From the NCBI RefSeq assembly GCF_009914755.1, contig NC_060929.1: a DNA stretch of 64,000 nucleotides. The stretch is one strand, 5' to 3'. Source of the DNA: the human T2T-CHM13v2.0 reference genome, Homo sapiens. The position numbers and the translations under genes are program-made. Positions 1 to 13,045 of the stretch are shown here, in pieces. The notes beneath the pieces are model-generated. The model was not told the DNA's origin. It worked only from the letters and a program-made list of their open reading frames with translations, and made no database searches. Position 1 is the stretch's first letter, and the number at the start of each line of letters is the position of its first letter.

Positions 1-145
1 AGGATACCGAGACCTAGAGAAGTTAAGAAAACAAGCCCCAGATCAATCACATTGCTCCTGACAGCACCTAACCTTCTAGATTCCAAGTCCAATGGTTTTC
101 CTGGTACTATGATGCTAGTAGATCTTAAAAAATAATAATCTAGAT

Positions 146-423
146 CTACACTATCCAATATGGTAGCCACTGGCCACATGTGATTTTAGCTCTTGATATG
201 TGTTTAATTCGAATTTAGATGTGCCGTAAGTGTAAAATGCACACTGAATTTCAAAGACTTAGTATGAAAAAAAAAGTATCTCAATTTTTATTACATGAAG
301 TGATAACCTAGAAACACTGGACGAAGTAAAATATTATAAAAATTAATTTTACATATTTCCTTTTATTTAATGTGGCTACTAGAAACTTATGTATGGCTCA
401 CATATTTCTACTGAACAGCACTG
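146..423. mobile_element. hAT-Charlie non-autonomous DNA transposon (MER33/MER3-like)
   Basis: ctatccaatatggtagccactggccacatgtg ... gtaagtgtaaaatgcacactgaatttcaaagacttagt ... atgtggctactaga ... gaacagcactg match recalled MER33 segments. Confidence 0.75.
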
Positions 424-631
424 ATATATTTGGCAATATACAGGGTATACATTATATATATATATATATTCTATGTAAATAGTTCATTAAATAATTCCTA
501 TAGTAAATATGAGAAACAGGAAACTCATATCCAACTTGGAAAAGTTCAAATATAATACTTATTAAGAAATACAGTTCTATTCTTCAGGTACTCTTACCTA
601 GAATGAATTAAGGATATGTAGAAACTCTTAT

Positions 632-957
632 GTTACTTATAAAATAATAAAGAGATACTGTAGGTCTCTACAGAGATACTATAGTGTCCCTATAGTACCT
701 CTAGAGTATAGTATAGAGATACTATAGTATCTCTTTACTATATAGATATATGGAATAGACTATAGAGTATCTCTAGACTATATATTATTTATACTCTACT
801 ATCTATATAGTATCTCTATATAGAGAGATAATATATATACTCCATATAGTATACTCTAGAGATGCTATAAGTTTCTGTAGTATCTTTATAGTAGAGATAA
901 TAGGGAGGGATAATAGTATAGGGACGTACTATATACCTATAGTATCTCTATAAGTAC
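632..957. repeat. Low-complexity array of self-complementary CTATAG / AGAGATAC / GTATCTCT units
   Basis: Perfect 20-bp palindrome AGAGATACTATAGTATCTCT at 715-734 with many degenerate copies around it. Confidence 0.75.
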
Positions 958-3829
958 ACAAGTTCCCCCATTAATCATCTGTTTTCAGTTGTTAACCAAA
1001 TAAGGTATTATGCAGGCTCATCTTTTTATATAAGAATACTCTACTCTTGTTTTTGAGATGAAAAGAAGTTCTCTTTCTCCTGCTATTGATAATTTCTGCA
1101 GCTGTCCCCTCAGCTTATATCTTTTTTGCATAGCTCTCTCTTCTTTACCTCACTTCTTATGGAAGGCTGGTGTTCTGAAATTGGGGAGTGGAAAAGAAGA
1201 AAAGACTGAATGCTCCCTATGACTTCATTTTCTCCCTGTTCCCACTACCATGTCCCCAAACATACTGACACACAAAGAAAATATAAATACCCCTGATTCT
1301 TTTAGCCTTAAACTTAGGGCCTCATCCTAAACATCTTAAGCTCAGCATCTATTCCAAAGGAACTCTTTAATGATAACGTTTCTTTGTAAAGAGACGAATA
1401 TCATCTGGGGTTTCCTCTGAAATGTAGATGAACCTCACTTCAGTTCTTTGTGTACTAAAAAGACCCACCCTTCTCACCCATGTGGCTTTTGTCTTTCCTT
1501 GTGTTATGTAATAAGTGATGGGGTAGAAGGATGGGGGGTGGAGGAAGCTACATCATGGAGAGAGGAGGTAGAAGACAGCTGTGGAAAATTTGGATGGTGG
1601 AAGACTAGAATCTACTACCATTTACATGCTAATGAAAACCAGAAATGGTCTTTTTTCCCCCGTTTGATCTGATTTGAAAGTTTGTGACTTTTGTCTAGTA
1701 TGTCATTTTACCCCCTGTGTTTTTCTCATTGTTGTTAGCTATAAAAACTCTTTGAAATTCTCAAAATAAAGGAAGGTTTCTTTCAGGAATAGGAGGGCTG
1801 AGGACAAGCTGTGAAACTGCATTCTTCATAGTGGGTCTATTGGGGTGGAAAACCCGCCTCTGAAGTAATAGAAGGTAGAAGCACGGAAGGAAACAGGTCT
1901 GGCCCTGGATCCAGGAAAATAAAGAAAGAAATAATTGGAGATGTAGCTTAGTACTTAGAATTATCCCAGAAGTGAACAACATCAGTAAGGTCTGGGCTTC
2001 CACCTAACGTAACCTCTTATGAGGGTCTCAACCTCACATCCATATATCTTTTAAAAAAACAAAACAAAAAAAAAAACTTTCAAAACAAAGGCAAGAATCA
2101 TGACTTTCATATAGGTATAAATTGCAAGTAAAAATTTATTTTACTCATATAAGGGAACAAGGCAGGTGTTACAACCAGTTCAGAGTAAAAGTCAAAACAG
2201 CACTAATTCATGTGAAATAAAAAAACGTAGTGAATTGCAAATAGAGGCAAAATTGGGTTTTGGTGGGGGAGGTCTATTAAGTAGAACACAGGACAGAAAT
2301 TACATGTGTATCAATTGTGTACAACCTAAAAAGAGTTGCCAAGTAGCTAAAAGATAAGGAACTGATCTAAAATCTGATAATCTAGAAGGGGAAGGGTGTG
2401 CCAGAGACAATGCACAGTTTTCCATTGAAACAAAGGTTTTTTTTTTCTATTCCTTCTCCATTTTGATTAGGAAATAATCTCAGCAAGAGATTATTTGTGA
2501 TCACAAAATAACATTGGTATGATATTTAGCCTTATTTACATAGGTGTAGCAAGAGTGTTAATTTGTCATATATGCTTTCTTGTATGCTTTGGTGAAAGTT
2601 TTTACAAGGAATCTCTGATTGGACTTTGAAGTCTCTTGAGCTAGGAAACCACACCAAGAACTTGCCACTAGATTTAAAATCTAGTAAAAAGATTCAGTAA
2701 GTCTGGAGTATGGCCTAAATATCGGTATATTAATAAAACTCAGATAAGTGACATTGATTTCCAGTTGACATTTACTGGCCTAGAAGATGCAAGATTTAAA
2801 CTACAGAAGTAAAGATGCAACCAAGTTAATATTTTTAAAAATAACAAATTATGACTGATAAACTATACTGTAATTATTTGCTGGGCAAAGCAGTACAAGG
2901 ACTCAGGTAAATAGAACACATCTTGAGCAGTGAAGGCATTGATAATTCCCCAGGAACTTACCATATAGCATACAATTTTGGTTAATAACACTTTACCCAT
3001 GAAATTTAACCTTGGGATGGCTAAACATCTTTTCTGCATTGACAACTTTTCTCATAGTTGACAACTGTTCTCAAGTAGCTTGTTAATAATAGCATATAAA
3101 ATAAACCTAATTATTTTTTAGCACCTCTCTTTTCACAAAATGAAAGAATGTATCTTTGTGATTTTCCAGAGGCCCTCTAGGGAATCTCAGAGATAATTCT
3201 AGGTGCAATGATATCCTGAAAGTTTTATTTTACATTTAGGATTCAGTTTTGGGAAGGTAAATATCAAAAGTTGTCCGGAGATGTGAACAGTTAGATATAG
3301 AATCATAGGTACCTGAGAAATGATATGTGGCCACTCATTGCAAAGTCACAGTAAAACTTAAATATAGAAGGTAATATGATGGTAAAGAAAGAACCTTAGC
3401 TCTTACAATGATAAGACATTCTCTTTCTCTTTCTGGCACAATCAGTCACTTTACTTGAGGACATAACTATTCTTTTTCCTTTAATAAACAAAAACACATC
3501 TCATAACCTTGCATTGCAAAGTTTTACCTCTCTGCCACCATTTCTCCTATTCCAGTTTCATTTATGTGTATCTTTTAACCAAAGTGACTGATTCCATAGA
3601 GAAACTGGGAGATGGAGAATTGAAAATGGTTACACGTCAGCATTTTAGTAGACTAGCAGATCTCATAAATACACATAACTTTCTATAGCTATATGCATTC
3701 CTTATACTCCAACTTCTCCAGGTGGCAAAAATGAACATGTTCATTAACCAACTCAGAGATACAGCCTCTCTGTAGCATATGAAAATAAGTAGCAAGAGTT
3801 TATAAATTTAAAATTTTGCCTAGTAATTA

Positions 3830-4318
3830 TAGTGGAGAAAAGATGTCTTTTCTCACCCATCACATAGGTTCGTCTCCTATAATAAAAGACAGTTAAAAAT
3901 AGAAAAGCACATATTTATTTAATGTAAGTTTTATGTGATACAGGACGCTTTAGAAATGAAAACCCAAAGAAACAGGAATACTTGTGTATTTTATGCTAAA
4001 TTTGAAGAAAAAGTATATTGTGTGTGGAAATAGGACTGGATAAAGAAGGTATGATCCAATAGTAATAAGCTAGAGAGAACTTAGCTAGGCCTGTTTGTTC
4101 AGATTCTTCTCTTAAGTCCATCCCTCTGTGATATTCCTTGCCTCTGGGTGATAGGGCACATGAGTGTCTTATGACTTCTTCCACGGGAAGGCCAGAGAAT
4201 TATTTTATGGTCTACTTCAAGGTACAAGGGTGGGAGGAGGTCAGAGTGGCCTTCCTTCTCTGTTTCTTCAAATGCCAAGGTGCCATTATTTTAGGGTAGC
4301 ATGTCCTGAACCCTATCA
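3830..4318 (-). mobile_element. MER34-family solo LTR nested in the ERV remnant
   Basis: The minus strand begins tgatagggttcaggacatgctaccctaaaataatggcaccttggcatttg, typical of MER34-type LTR 5' ends; about 490 bp. Confidence 0.7.
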
Positions 4319-4361
4319 TTATCAATGGATTAGTATTCTATCTTACTTAGAAGAGATCTAG

Positions 4362-4460
4362 GGTTCACAACTAATTGATCACAACCGGTTACAGATATCA
4401 TTATTCCTTTTCCACTCCCACAGCTTGACTCCACTAGCCTTAAAAAATAATTAAAAAAAT
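4362..4460 (+). pseudogene. 5'-truncated Y3 RNA (RNY3-like) processed pseudogene
   Basis: acaactaattgatcacaaccggttacagatatcattattccttttccactcccacagcttgactccactagcctt matches the 3' ~80 nt of hY3. A-rich tail 4442-4460. TSD AAGAGATCT(A/G)G at 4351-4361 and 4461-4471. Confidence 0.9.
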
Positions 4461-4988
4461 AAGAGATCTGGATATCTAATAAATATCTATTAATTACCTG
4501 ACAATCTTGGAAATTAATTTTGAAGGTGACATATTACAAAACATAATTATTGTTGAAATAAAATTGTCAATAATGAATCAATTTGGTTAATTGTAAGTTT
4601 ACATTTTTTCTTGACTAAACATTAAACAAGTAATTTTGGCTTATTTGATCAGTAAACATGTATAATTAAAAAAATACGCAAGTGGAATAAAAGTCTGTTT
4701 ATATATTTGACATTGATAAACCAGAGAAAACCTTGCTGTTTTATTAAACCAAAATTATTAGTCTTGTTTGTCAAGATTTACCTACACGATATGAACTTGA
4801 AGTCTCAAAATGTTTGTTAGTTGCTCTTAGAGTACTTTTTAAGTACTCTTAAAAAGTACTTGTAGCTTAAAATAATTTCTAGCACACTGAAAAGATTAGA
4901 AGTTCCATTTTCTTCTCTGAAAATTTTAAGATTACTCAATTTACATAATCACTTACTTTTCTCTATAAGCTAATCAGAACAGAGTTCC

Positions 4989-5292
4989 TTTTTTTTTTTT
5001 TTTTTTTTTTGAGGCGGAGTCTCACTCTGTCACCCAGGCTGAAGTGCAGTGGCTGCAATCTCAGCTCACTGCAAGCTCTGCCTCCCGGGTTCATGCCATT
5101 CTCCAGCCTCAGCCTCCCGAGGAGCTGGGACTACAGGCGCCCGCCACCACGCCCAGCTAATTTTTTGTATTTTTAGTAGAGACGGGGTTTCACCTTGTTA
5201 GCCAGGATGGTCTCGATTTCCTGACCTCGTGATCCGCCCGCCTTGGCCTCCCAAAGTGCTGGGATTACAGGCGTGAGCCACCACGCCAGGCC
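4989..5292 (-). mobile_element. AluY
   Basis: Full-length, CpG-rich, with AluY-type positions (actgcaagctc, gccattctcc, ttagccaggatggtctcga, gacctcgtgatcc). TSD CAGAGTTCC at 4980-4988 and 5293-5301. Confidence 0.92.
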
Positions 5293-6095
5293 CAGAGTTC
5301 CCTAAAAAGACTTTATAATCTAATCAGTGCCACCTGAAGGTAGAAAAGCCTTATCTACACGCACAATAAGGCTTTTCTCTATACAGACATTGATAGACAT
5401 ACAGTCACACAGAGTTTATAACTTCAGTTCTAAACTTTCAGCCATGAATTAATAATACAAAATGATGAAATACCAAAGAGCTGTTCTTTTCTGAGGACAA
5501 ATTATTAATTGATTTGAGTCCAAAATAGATTAACAAACTAGATTCTCCATTTTTTCTCACCCAATAGAGAATAGACCTCTATAAACCATTAATCCATTTA
5601 CAGGGATCATCAGATGGTCAGATTGCAAAACCAATTCCCCAGATTAGTAGAGAGCAAAAGACCAGAGTCAGAGTCAGCAGAGTTCTCTTACTGCTTTGGA
5701 TTCACCTTTTAGAGCCAAGAAAAGAGGTATGCAGGCTTAAGCATAAGGTACACCATTTCTTCGATGATGAAGTTTGCCTGCCTTTGGTTGATAAATCTAT
5801 AGGATGTCTCAAGGGGACCTCCAAAATGGTTAAAAGAAATTTTCCAGAAAAAGATACATTGACTCTAGCATAGATATACAATAAACATGTATTGAAGGAT
5901 TTTACTCATCTGATATAAGGGAGCCAGGCAAATGTTATAACCAGTTCAAAGGACAAGTCAAACAGCACAGATTTATGTAGGGTAAAGAAATGTTGAGATG
6001 AGTTGCTAATTGAGACAAAACTGATTTTTCCAGGACTGGGTTGAGAGGGGAGTCAAATCTATGAGAGAGGACAGACTTTATGTATCTCTCAATTA

Positions 6096-6672
6096 TAGTT
6101 GTTCTCCTTATTCACAGTTATGTTCTTTAAAGTCACTATGAAACACTAAATTAGCAAGAATTCTTATCCCTCGGGATATACATGGTTAGGTTCCTGCAGG
6201 CCTCTGGTCACATAGTTTGTCGTCTGACCAGTACATAACCTTGTTTTATATGTGTTTTTGTTTAAAGACACCTTATTTAATACAGTTAATTCATCAACAT
6301 TGAACTCACAGCCAACAGCACTATAACTCATGCCTAAACAAAGCGTATCTGAAACACATATTGGCACATCACAGCTTTCTTGGAACACTAGATAACATTT
6401 CAGCAGTGTTTGGGGACCATTTTAAACAGTGAAATTACCAAAAAGCAGCACAGAAATGCAAAATACTGGCACTAAATAGAGCACAAAAAGTATGCTTGTT
6501 TACAGTATGAGAGCTAAAACAAGAAGGCAGAGCATTATCCTGCTTCACCTCATTTAGAAATGTATGTTACGGGACTCAAATTTTTTGACATTCTCCACAT
6601 GTCACAAATGACCACAGAAGCACCATGGGCATTGATTTAGGAGTCACAAATAAACTTTACGTGAATTCACGA
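6096..6672. mobile_element. MER82-like TcMar-Tigger DNA transposon
   Basis: agttatgttctttaaagtcact...ggttaggttcctgcaggcctctggtcaca...cattgaactcacagccaacagcactataactcatgcct match recalled MER82. Confidence 0.7.
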
Positions 6673-9600
6673 AAGATTTTTTTTTTTCATAGATAGCTTT
6701 TTCCTCCCAATGTTTAATCCTGGATCCTGTCTGTAGCTAGGGAAGTACTGCTAAGGCGCGAGCACGAGAGAGAATTATATATGGTGGCTTACTGACGTTC
6801 CTGGTATATTATAGGTTAAATAGGATTCTGAGACTCCCTATGAGTAGCTTGCAAATCTCTGGAAGTGGTTTTTGGCTATTTGTGTAGTTTTTTTCTCCAG
6901 AAAAATGTGTTCTAAATTTCTAATGACTGATTTTCAGATATACTTTTGGAACACAAAAGCTGGAGTAATGGATTACTACCTTGGTTTGTTTTGTGGCAAA
7001 TGCTGAATAGTTCCAACTACTGCTTTGAAAATAATAGAAATATTACATAGCAAGTATATTATTTGAAAAGATAAAATTTCAAGGGGCCGTTGACTGTCAC
7101 ATCAAAGCAGTAATTTGGGGTTTGAGAGGTGGCAATACTCTACAGCAGGTGTAGAGTATTACTAATCTAACAAATATTTCAGGTGCCTCATGTTTTCACC
7201 TTATTTGCTTGTTTAAATCACTTTATATAAATTTCATGGAAAGACTTGCTTTGCCAGTGTATCCGAAACCTCTGTTATTTCTCCATAGTATTTTCTATAG
7301 AAGATCTAGGATACTTTTACATTATTCTGAACCATTTACCCCCTACTGTACCCCACCCCCATATTATGTACCTAATTGGTAATTTCAAAGTAAAGAGACT
7401 TTTAAAGTGAAATTCCTAAAAAGCTATTTTTCTTTTCTCCTTCTTAAAATTATATGTTAGGGTTATGCTCCGCTTTCAGCCAGATATAATATGGGTACAT
7501 AGCCTGGTGAAGAATCTTGAAACCTTCCAAGTACCAGTATACCTTGCTTTGGCCTCCCAAAGCTTTGCTCTTCTGATCCCATGCTTCAGTTGGAAGTGAC
7601 TGTCAGTTACGTCAGTTTGTGCCAAATTATGTGGTAGTTCTTGTTCTGTGTACAAATGGAGAGTAGGAAAAATCATTTAGCTGTTCACTTCCAAACTCAT
7701 GTCAGGGTTTGAGATTAGGTTATTAGAGAAGACAGACCTTTCACAGAACGTCAATCAAGGTTACTTGAGATAAAATATTTCACAAGCAATAAAAGAACTG
7801 ATGGATGTTTGTATTTTTGTATTACTGAACCATAAATGAAATGATTCTGTATAAAAATGAATGAAGTTGATTTTATTTTTCTGTCTTATATATGGAATTC
7901 ATAAGTTAATTGTGGCCTGGTTTTGTTCAGAGGTTGGGGTTTTTTGGCATTTGAAAAGTATATCATTTATATCATAGGAAATAGAATATTCCACTCACAA
8001 TGTGGAGATCTACAAAATAAACTGTCATATTTCAGAAAAAGAAATTGGGCATGGGATGTTAAAGATCACATTTTAAGTTTACTACAGCATTTTCCAAAGG
8101 TACTTCTCTGATACTAGGGCTTAAAGTTCAGACTATTTTGTGAAAGCGTTTCAGTGTGTGAAACAGCAAAGGGAGTCAGCTTCTCATCATTTAGGTGCTG
8201 GTAGTTGGGTTTGTGGCAAATCTGTGCCATATGGCTACTCTCCTCTAGAAAGTGACGGCAGCACTGGGAGCTTTACCTATCCCTAGGGCAGCTGTCTTGG
8301 ACTCCATTGCTTTGATCTTCTTCTGTCGCACAGCTGAGAAGAGCAAGGGGCTGGTTTTCAGTACCCTAATAGGACAACATATGGGACCATTATGATTGTA
8401 GACTATACCTTCATTTTATATAAGCATTCTTCAGAGAGTGCAAGTATTTTCACTTCCATATTCCCATTCAGAAAAATAAGTTTGGGCTCTTTCTTTTAAA
8501 AAAAATTATTTTAGGGTTAAAGAAAGACATTCTTATAGAAATTTAAACATTTAATATCTACATTTTATTTCTTGCAAAATACATCCTTTTTAGCAACAAG
8601 TTTCAAATAGGAAGTAGAAAAGATGAGTATAATTCGTCTAACTTACCCATTCTTAAGCATACATGCTTAATGTCCTTTCAAGTGTTGTTATTCTTAGAGT
8701 TTTATCTTTTTAGCTCAGCTTCCCTGTTTGCTCAAGTAACCTTTACATTCGAGTATAGTGGGACCAGTAAATTTGTTCATCCAGGTACTGTAACAAACAC
8801 CTTGGAGGAGGATGCTTGGAAATGTGATCAGATTCTTAACAGTACCTCAAAAAACAGCAAATTTTTATTATGATGACAGCCCTACATAGCAGAAAAGTTT
8901 TCTGAATAATGAATAGAAAATCCAAAGAGAGATGTATGTGGATTCTTACTTTAGTTTTAGTCTCTATTGTGAATTGTCATTGGACTTCCTCATATGCTCC
9001 TTTGCGTTTAGAGAAGCACAGTTGCATGTGCAACTTTGGAAACAAAGTTGTTTGCCACAGAAAAACGGGAAGATAATAAATTTTTTTTCCCTACACATCC
9101 TAACAATCATGAGTGGTCAGTGGTAATTATATAGAGATGGATCCTATTAGAAAATGCATGCTTCTTCTCTATTTTTGTTTGTTTTTCACAGGGTGCTTTG
9201 CCCATCCACATTCCAATCTCTGTCATGATACTTCTATTTATGTTGTTATCACCATCAACAGCAACTGTAATCTGGCTCACAATTCCCAGGAGCCAGCTCA
9301 CTCCTTAGTTACCAGGGGAAAACCCAAACCAGTTGTTCTTTTCTTTTATATGTATAAAACTTCATTCTTCTCACATTGCAGTGACCCTGACCACATTTTG
9401 GAACTCCATAACCAGAATAGATATTAGAACTGTGTCTGAGATCTGATGTAGTACAGAGAATTCTACCTGGCGGCTGAAAGGGTAATTGAGTGAATGAGAG
9501 AGTGATTATCAGGTTTGTGTTTGTGTGTATATTACTATTTCCTAGATATTTGAGTGCTTTCTCATTTCTTCTGCAGTTTCTTTCCTAATGTCTTTATTGA

Positions 9601-10105
9601 CCTGGAGAGTGTGTGTTGGGAGGTAATAAGAGGAGAGAGAACTTAGGTTTCTTACCTATCATTTGGCAAGAAAAGAATATGGAGGTCTTGGGTTAATTTT
9701 CCAGCTATCATTATAACCACATACAGAATCTACACTAGAAACCATTTCCTTCCTCACAATTGTGGGAGAGCACATGGGGAACATATATTTATTTTACAGG
9801 ATTCTTAAAAGTCTTTTCAACATATTTTTTCAAATAAAAGGAAATGAATGAAATAGATAAAACTTGCAATTGCGGGATATTTTTAAAGAAATGCAGTTTT
9901 ATTAATAAAGTACTTAGGTGTTAACGTCCATCTTGGTTAAAATCCTGGTTTTGCAACTTATTAGCCCTGTGACCTTAGGCTGTTTATTTTCTCGATATTT
10001 TTTCCTTTAAGGTAATGTAAAATTAAGATATATATTATAATGCCTTCCTTATAGCCATGCAACCTATAAACTCTGTACATAAAATTTCAATAAAAATACA
10101 TTTCA

Positions 10106-10679
10106 GTGTGGCGATTCCTCAGGGATCTAGAACTAGAAATACCATTTGACCCAGCCATCCCATTACTGGGTATATACCCAAAGGACTATAAATCATGCTG
10201 CTATAAAGACACATGCACACGTATGTTTACTGCGGCACTATTCACAATAGCAAAGACTTGGAACCAATCCAGATGTCCAACAATGATAGACTGGATTAAG
10301 AAAAAGTGGCACATATACACCATGGAATACTATGTAGCCATAAAAAATGATGATGAGTTCATGTGCTTTGTAGGGACATGGATGAAATTGGAAATCATCA
10401 TTCTCAGTAAACTATCGCAAGGACAAAAAACCAAACACCACATGTTCTCACTCATAGGTGGGAATTGAACAATGAGAACACATGGACACAGGAAGGGGAA
10501 CATCACATTCTGGGGACTGTTGTGGGGTGGGGGGAGCGGGGAGGGATAGCTTTAGGAGATATACCTAATACTAAATGATGAGTTAATGGGCGCAGCACAC
10601 CAGCATGGCACATGTATACATATGTAACTAACCTGCACATTGTGCACATGTACCCTAAAACTTAGTATAATAATAATAA
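10106..10679 (+). mobile_element. 5'-truncated young L1PA (L1PA2-4-like) 3' end, sense to NDUFS4
   Basis: ORF2 C-terminus (ORF 10106..10468), 3' UTR and A-rich tail. Perfect 14-bp TSD AAAAATACATTTCA at 10092-10105 and 10680-10693. Confidence 0.95.
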
Positions 10680-10959
10680 AAAAATACATTTCAAGCACTC
10701 AGCATGGGGACTAGAACATACTACCTAGTACACCAGGAATGCTCTTGTCTCAGGGCCTTTGCAGTTACTGTTCTCTGCCTACTTCTCAGGGAGGGAGGTC
10801 TCCCCTGTATACCCCATCTAAAGTGTTTTCTCCTAGGTTAGATTATAGCTAGCTATACCCGAAACAACACAAATTCAAATTTAATGGGCTCTAATGTAAT
10901 GGAAATTTATATAGAGACATGTTGCTATGAAGTTGTGAATCAAATTTGAGGACCAAATA

Positions 10960-11305
10960 ATACTTAACATTTATTGAGTGCCTACTATAAACCACAAGAG
11001 ACAATGTAGCATAATAGGTAAGTTGTAGCCTCCAGAATCTGGCCGTCTGTGTTTAAATCCTGATTCTGCCCCTTCTTTGCTGAGTGACCTTATGCTAGTT
11101 ACCTAACCTCTCTGAGCCTCAGTTTACTCACCTGTACAAGGGGAATAATAATACTTCATATAAAGGTTTTAGGAAAAGTTCTTTCTCATAGAACTCAATA
11201 AATGATTGTTAAGTCAGGGTGCTTTCTAAGCACTTTACATGAATTATCACATCCTTATGAAGTACAAGACATGTACTTTAATCCTCATGACAACCTTATG
11301 AAAGA
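10960..11305. mobile_element. MIR/L2 fragments
   Basis: aacatttattgagtgcctacta; aaatcctgattctgcc..gctgagtgacctt..acctaacctctctgagcctcagttt (MIR core); ctaagcactttacatg..ttaatcctcatgacaaccttatga. Confidence 0.6.
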
Positions 11306-12859
11306 CAAAGTTTTCTTATGCCCTTTAGTAAATTTTTTGAAATGGAGATAACTACTTGTTAATGTACGTACTTTGTAAGTCCACATTCTCTTAAAGTAAG
11401 CTATAGCTTTGTAACTTTAATGGATAAGAAAGTTCTCAAAACATATTTTCTACTCTGTGAAAGTAAGGTTATGTTGAACAAGTAAATTAATATTTTCTCT
11501 CCTGGATTCTGATGTTTCATTTGCTTTCCTGCTTCCCCATTTCCTTATAGTTATTGGACTTTCTTTGGAGATGGAGTTCCAGCAGTTGGGAATGTAATAT
11601 TCTCTTATGGATAAAGTAGATTAAAAGTTTAAATTAAAATACGCTGTTAAATGTTGTTACTTTCCTTTGTGTACAGTAGTAGTAGTATACTTTGATGAGT
11701 TGAGTTCCATAGGCTTAACTTTTGTGGTAAAACTGAATACTAACTAAGGGACTATTGAAATGTAAGCTTTGTGGCAGAAAGTACTATACTTACCGAGATC
11801 AAGAGGCTCACTTAATTAGACTATATAATAAATAATCACATTTGGGACATTTTGTACATGACTGCATGATACAGCCATGAATTAGATGTTTCAAGATGTT
11901 ATTTGAATAAAGTCCTGAGAGAAGAATAAATTACAGGTGTGGGAAAATGGATTTTATGAAGAAAAGTGAATGTTATAGGGGTTGCCTAGCTTAGGGAATA
12001 AAAGAATGACTTAATTATATTTTTAAGGAGGAGGATGTTGATTTGTTTCCCATGTTTTAGGAGAACTAAAGAACAGGACTAGTGCAGAAAATGTAGACAT
12101 ACATATACCCAGTTTTCAGAATTACAAAATGCTGAAATGGCTTTGGAAGGAAAATATAAATACTCAGAAGAGAATAGACAGACACCTTTGATTAGCGGCC
12201 CTTACTTTTTTATGCATAAAAATCTCCTGGAATTGATAAAGTGTAGTTTCCTGGGCCCCCACCAGAGATTCTGATCTAGTGGGCCTTTGGTCAGGCCTAA
12301 CAATTTGCGCTCTTTATCAGGTACTCCCATCTGAGTCCAATTAGTGCAGATAGATAGCCATTGAAATAAATGTTGAAAATCAATTTTTGAGTTTAATCAG
12401 TAGCCTGTCCAAGTCCAGGGGATTGAACCAAGTAACCTCTCATGGTCCACTTCAACTATAGTACACACATGCACCCATACACACGTACATATATATACGT
12501 TTACATATTTTTCTATATCCCTTTGGAAGAGTTCCAAACTCTTGTAAAGAAACCAACTTTTAGAATAATAGTGAGTTGGTTATAATGTTCATCGCTCTTC
12601 ATTGCAACTATTTTAAAGGCCTATGTTAAACCACATAGAGTAATGGAAATTTTTATGTAATACATAGATATCAGTAATTGAGCAAGGTGAAATTGAATCA
12701 TAGTTTACATCTTTAACAACTTGAGATATGGTAAATAATCTGCAGGCAATCTTTTGGACCCTTTTCTCACAGAGGATTATAAGGGAACAAATAGTAAGTA
12801 TATCTCAGATGTGTTGACATATACTCTTGATGATAAATGAACATTAAGTTAAGTTATAA

Positions 12860-13045
<186 letters not shown>

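Larger units (their letters stand above)
2080..6095 (-). mobile_element. Decayed ERV1-class provirus remnant (two diverged LTR segments, non-coding internal region, PBS)
   Basis: Diverged direct repeat between ~2135-2325 and ~5895-6094 (ttttactcat..tataaggga..aggca..tgtta.aaccagttca..aagtcaaa.cagcac). On the minus strand CA-TTT-TGGAGGTCCCCTTGAGAC (5828-5806) resembles an LTR end followed by a PBS. Confidence 0.6.

Noticed and set aside
1752-2038. Purine-rich TG...CA segment that might be a solo LTR
   Set aside because: I could not assign it to a family or find a TSD, so it is left unannotated.
9113-9427. 104-aa ORF in unique intronic sequence
   Set aside because: Non-ATG start, no recognisable protein family and no exon structure; the length is compatible with chance.
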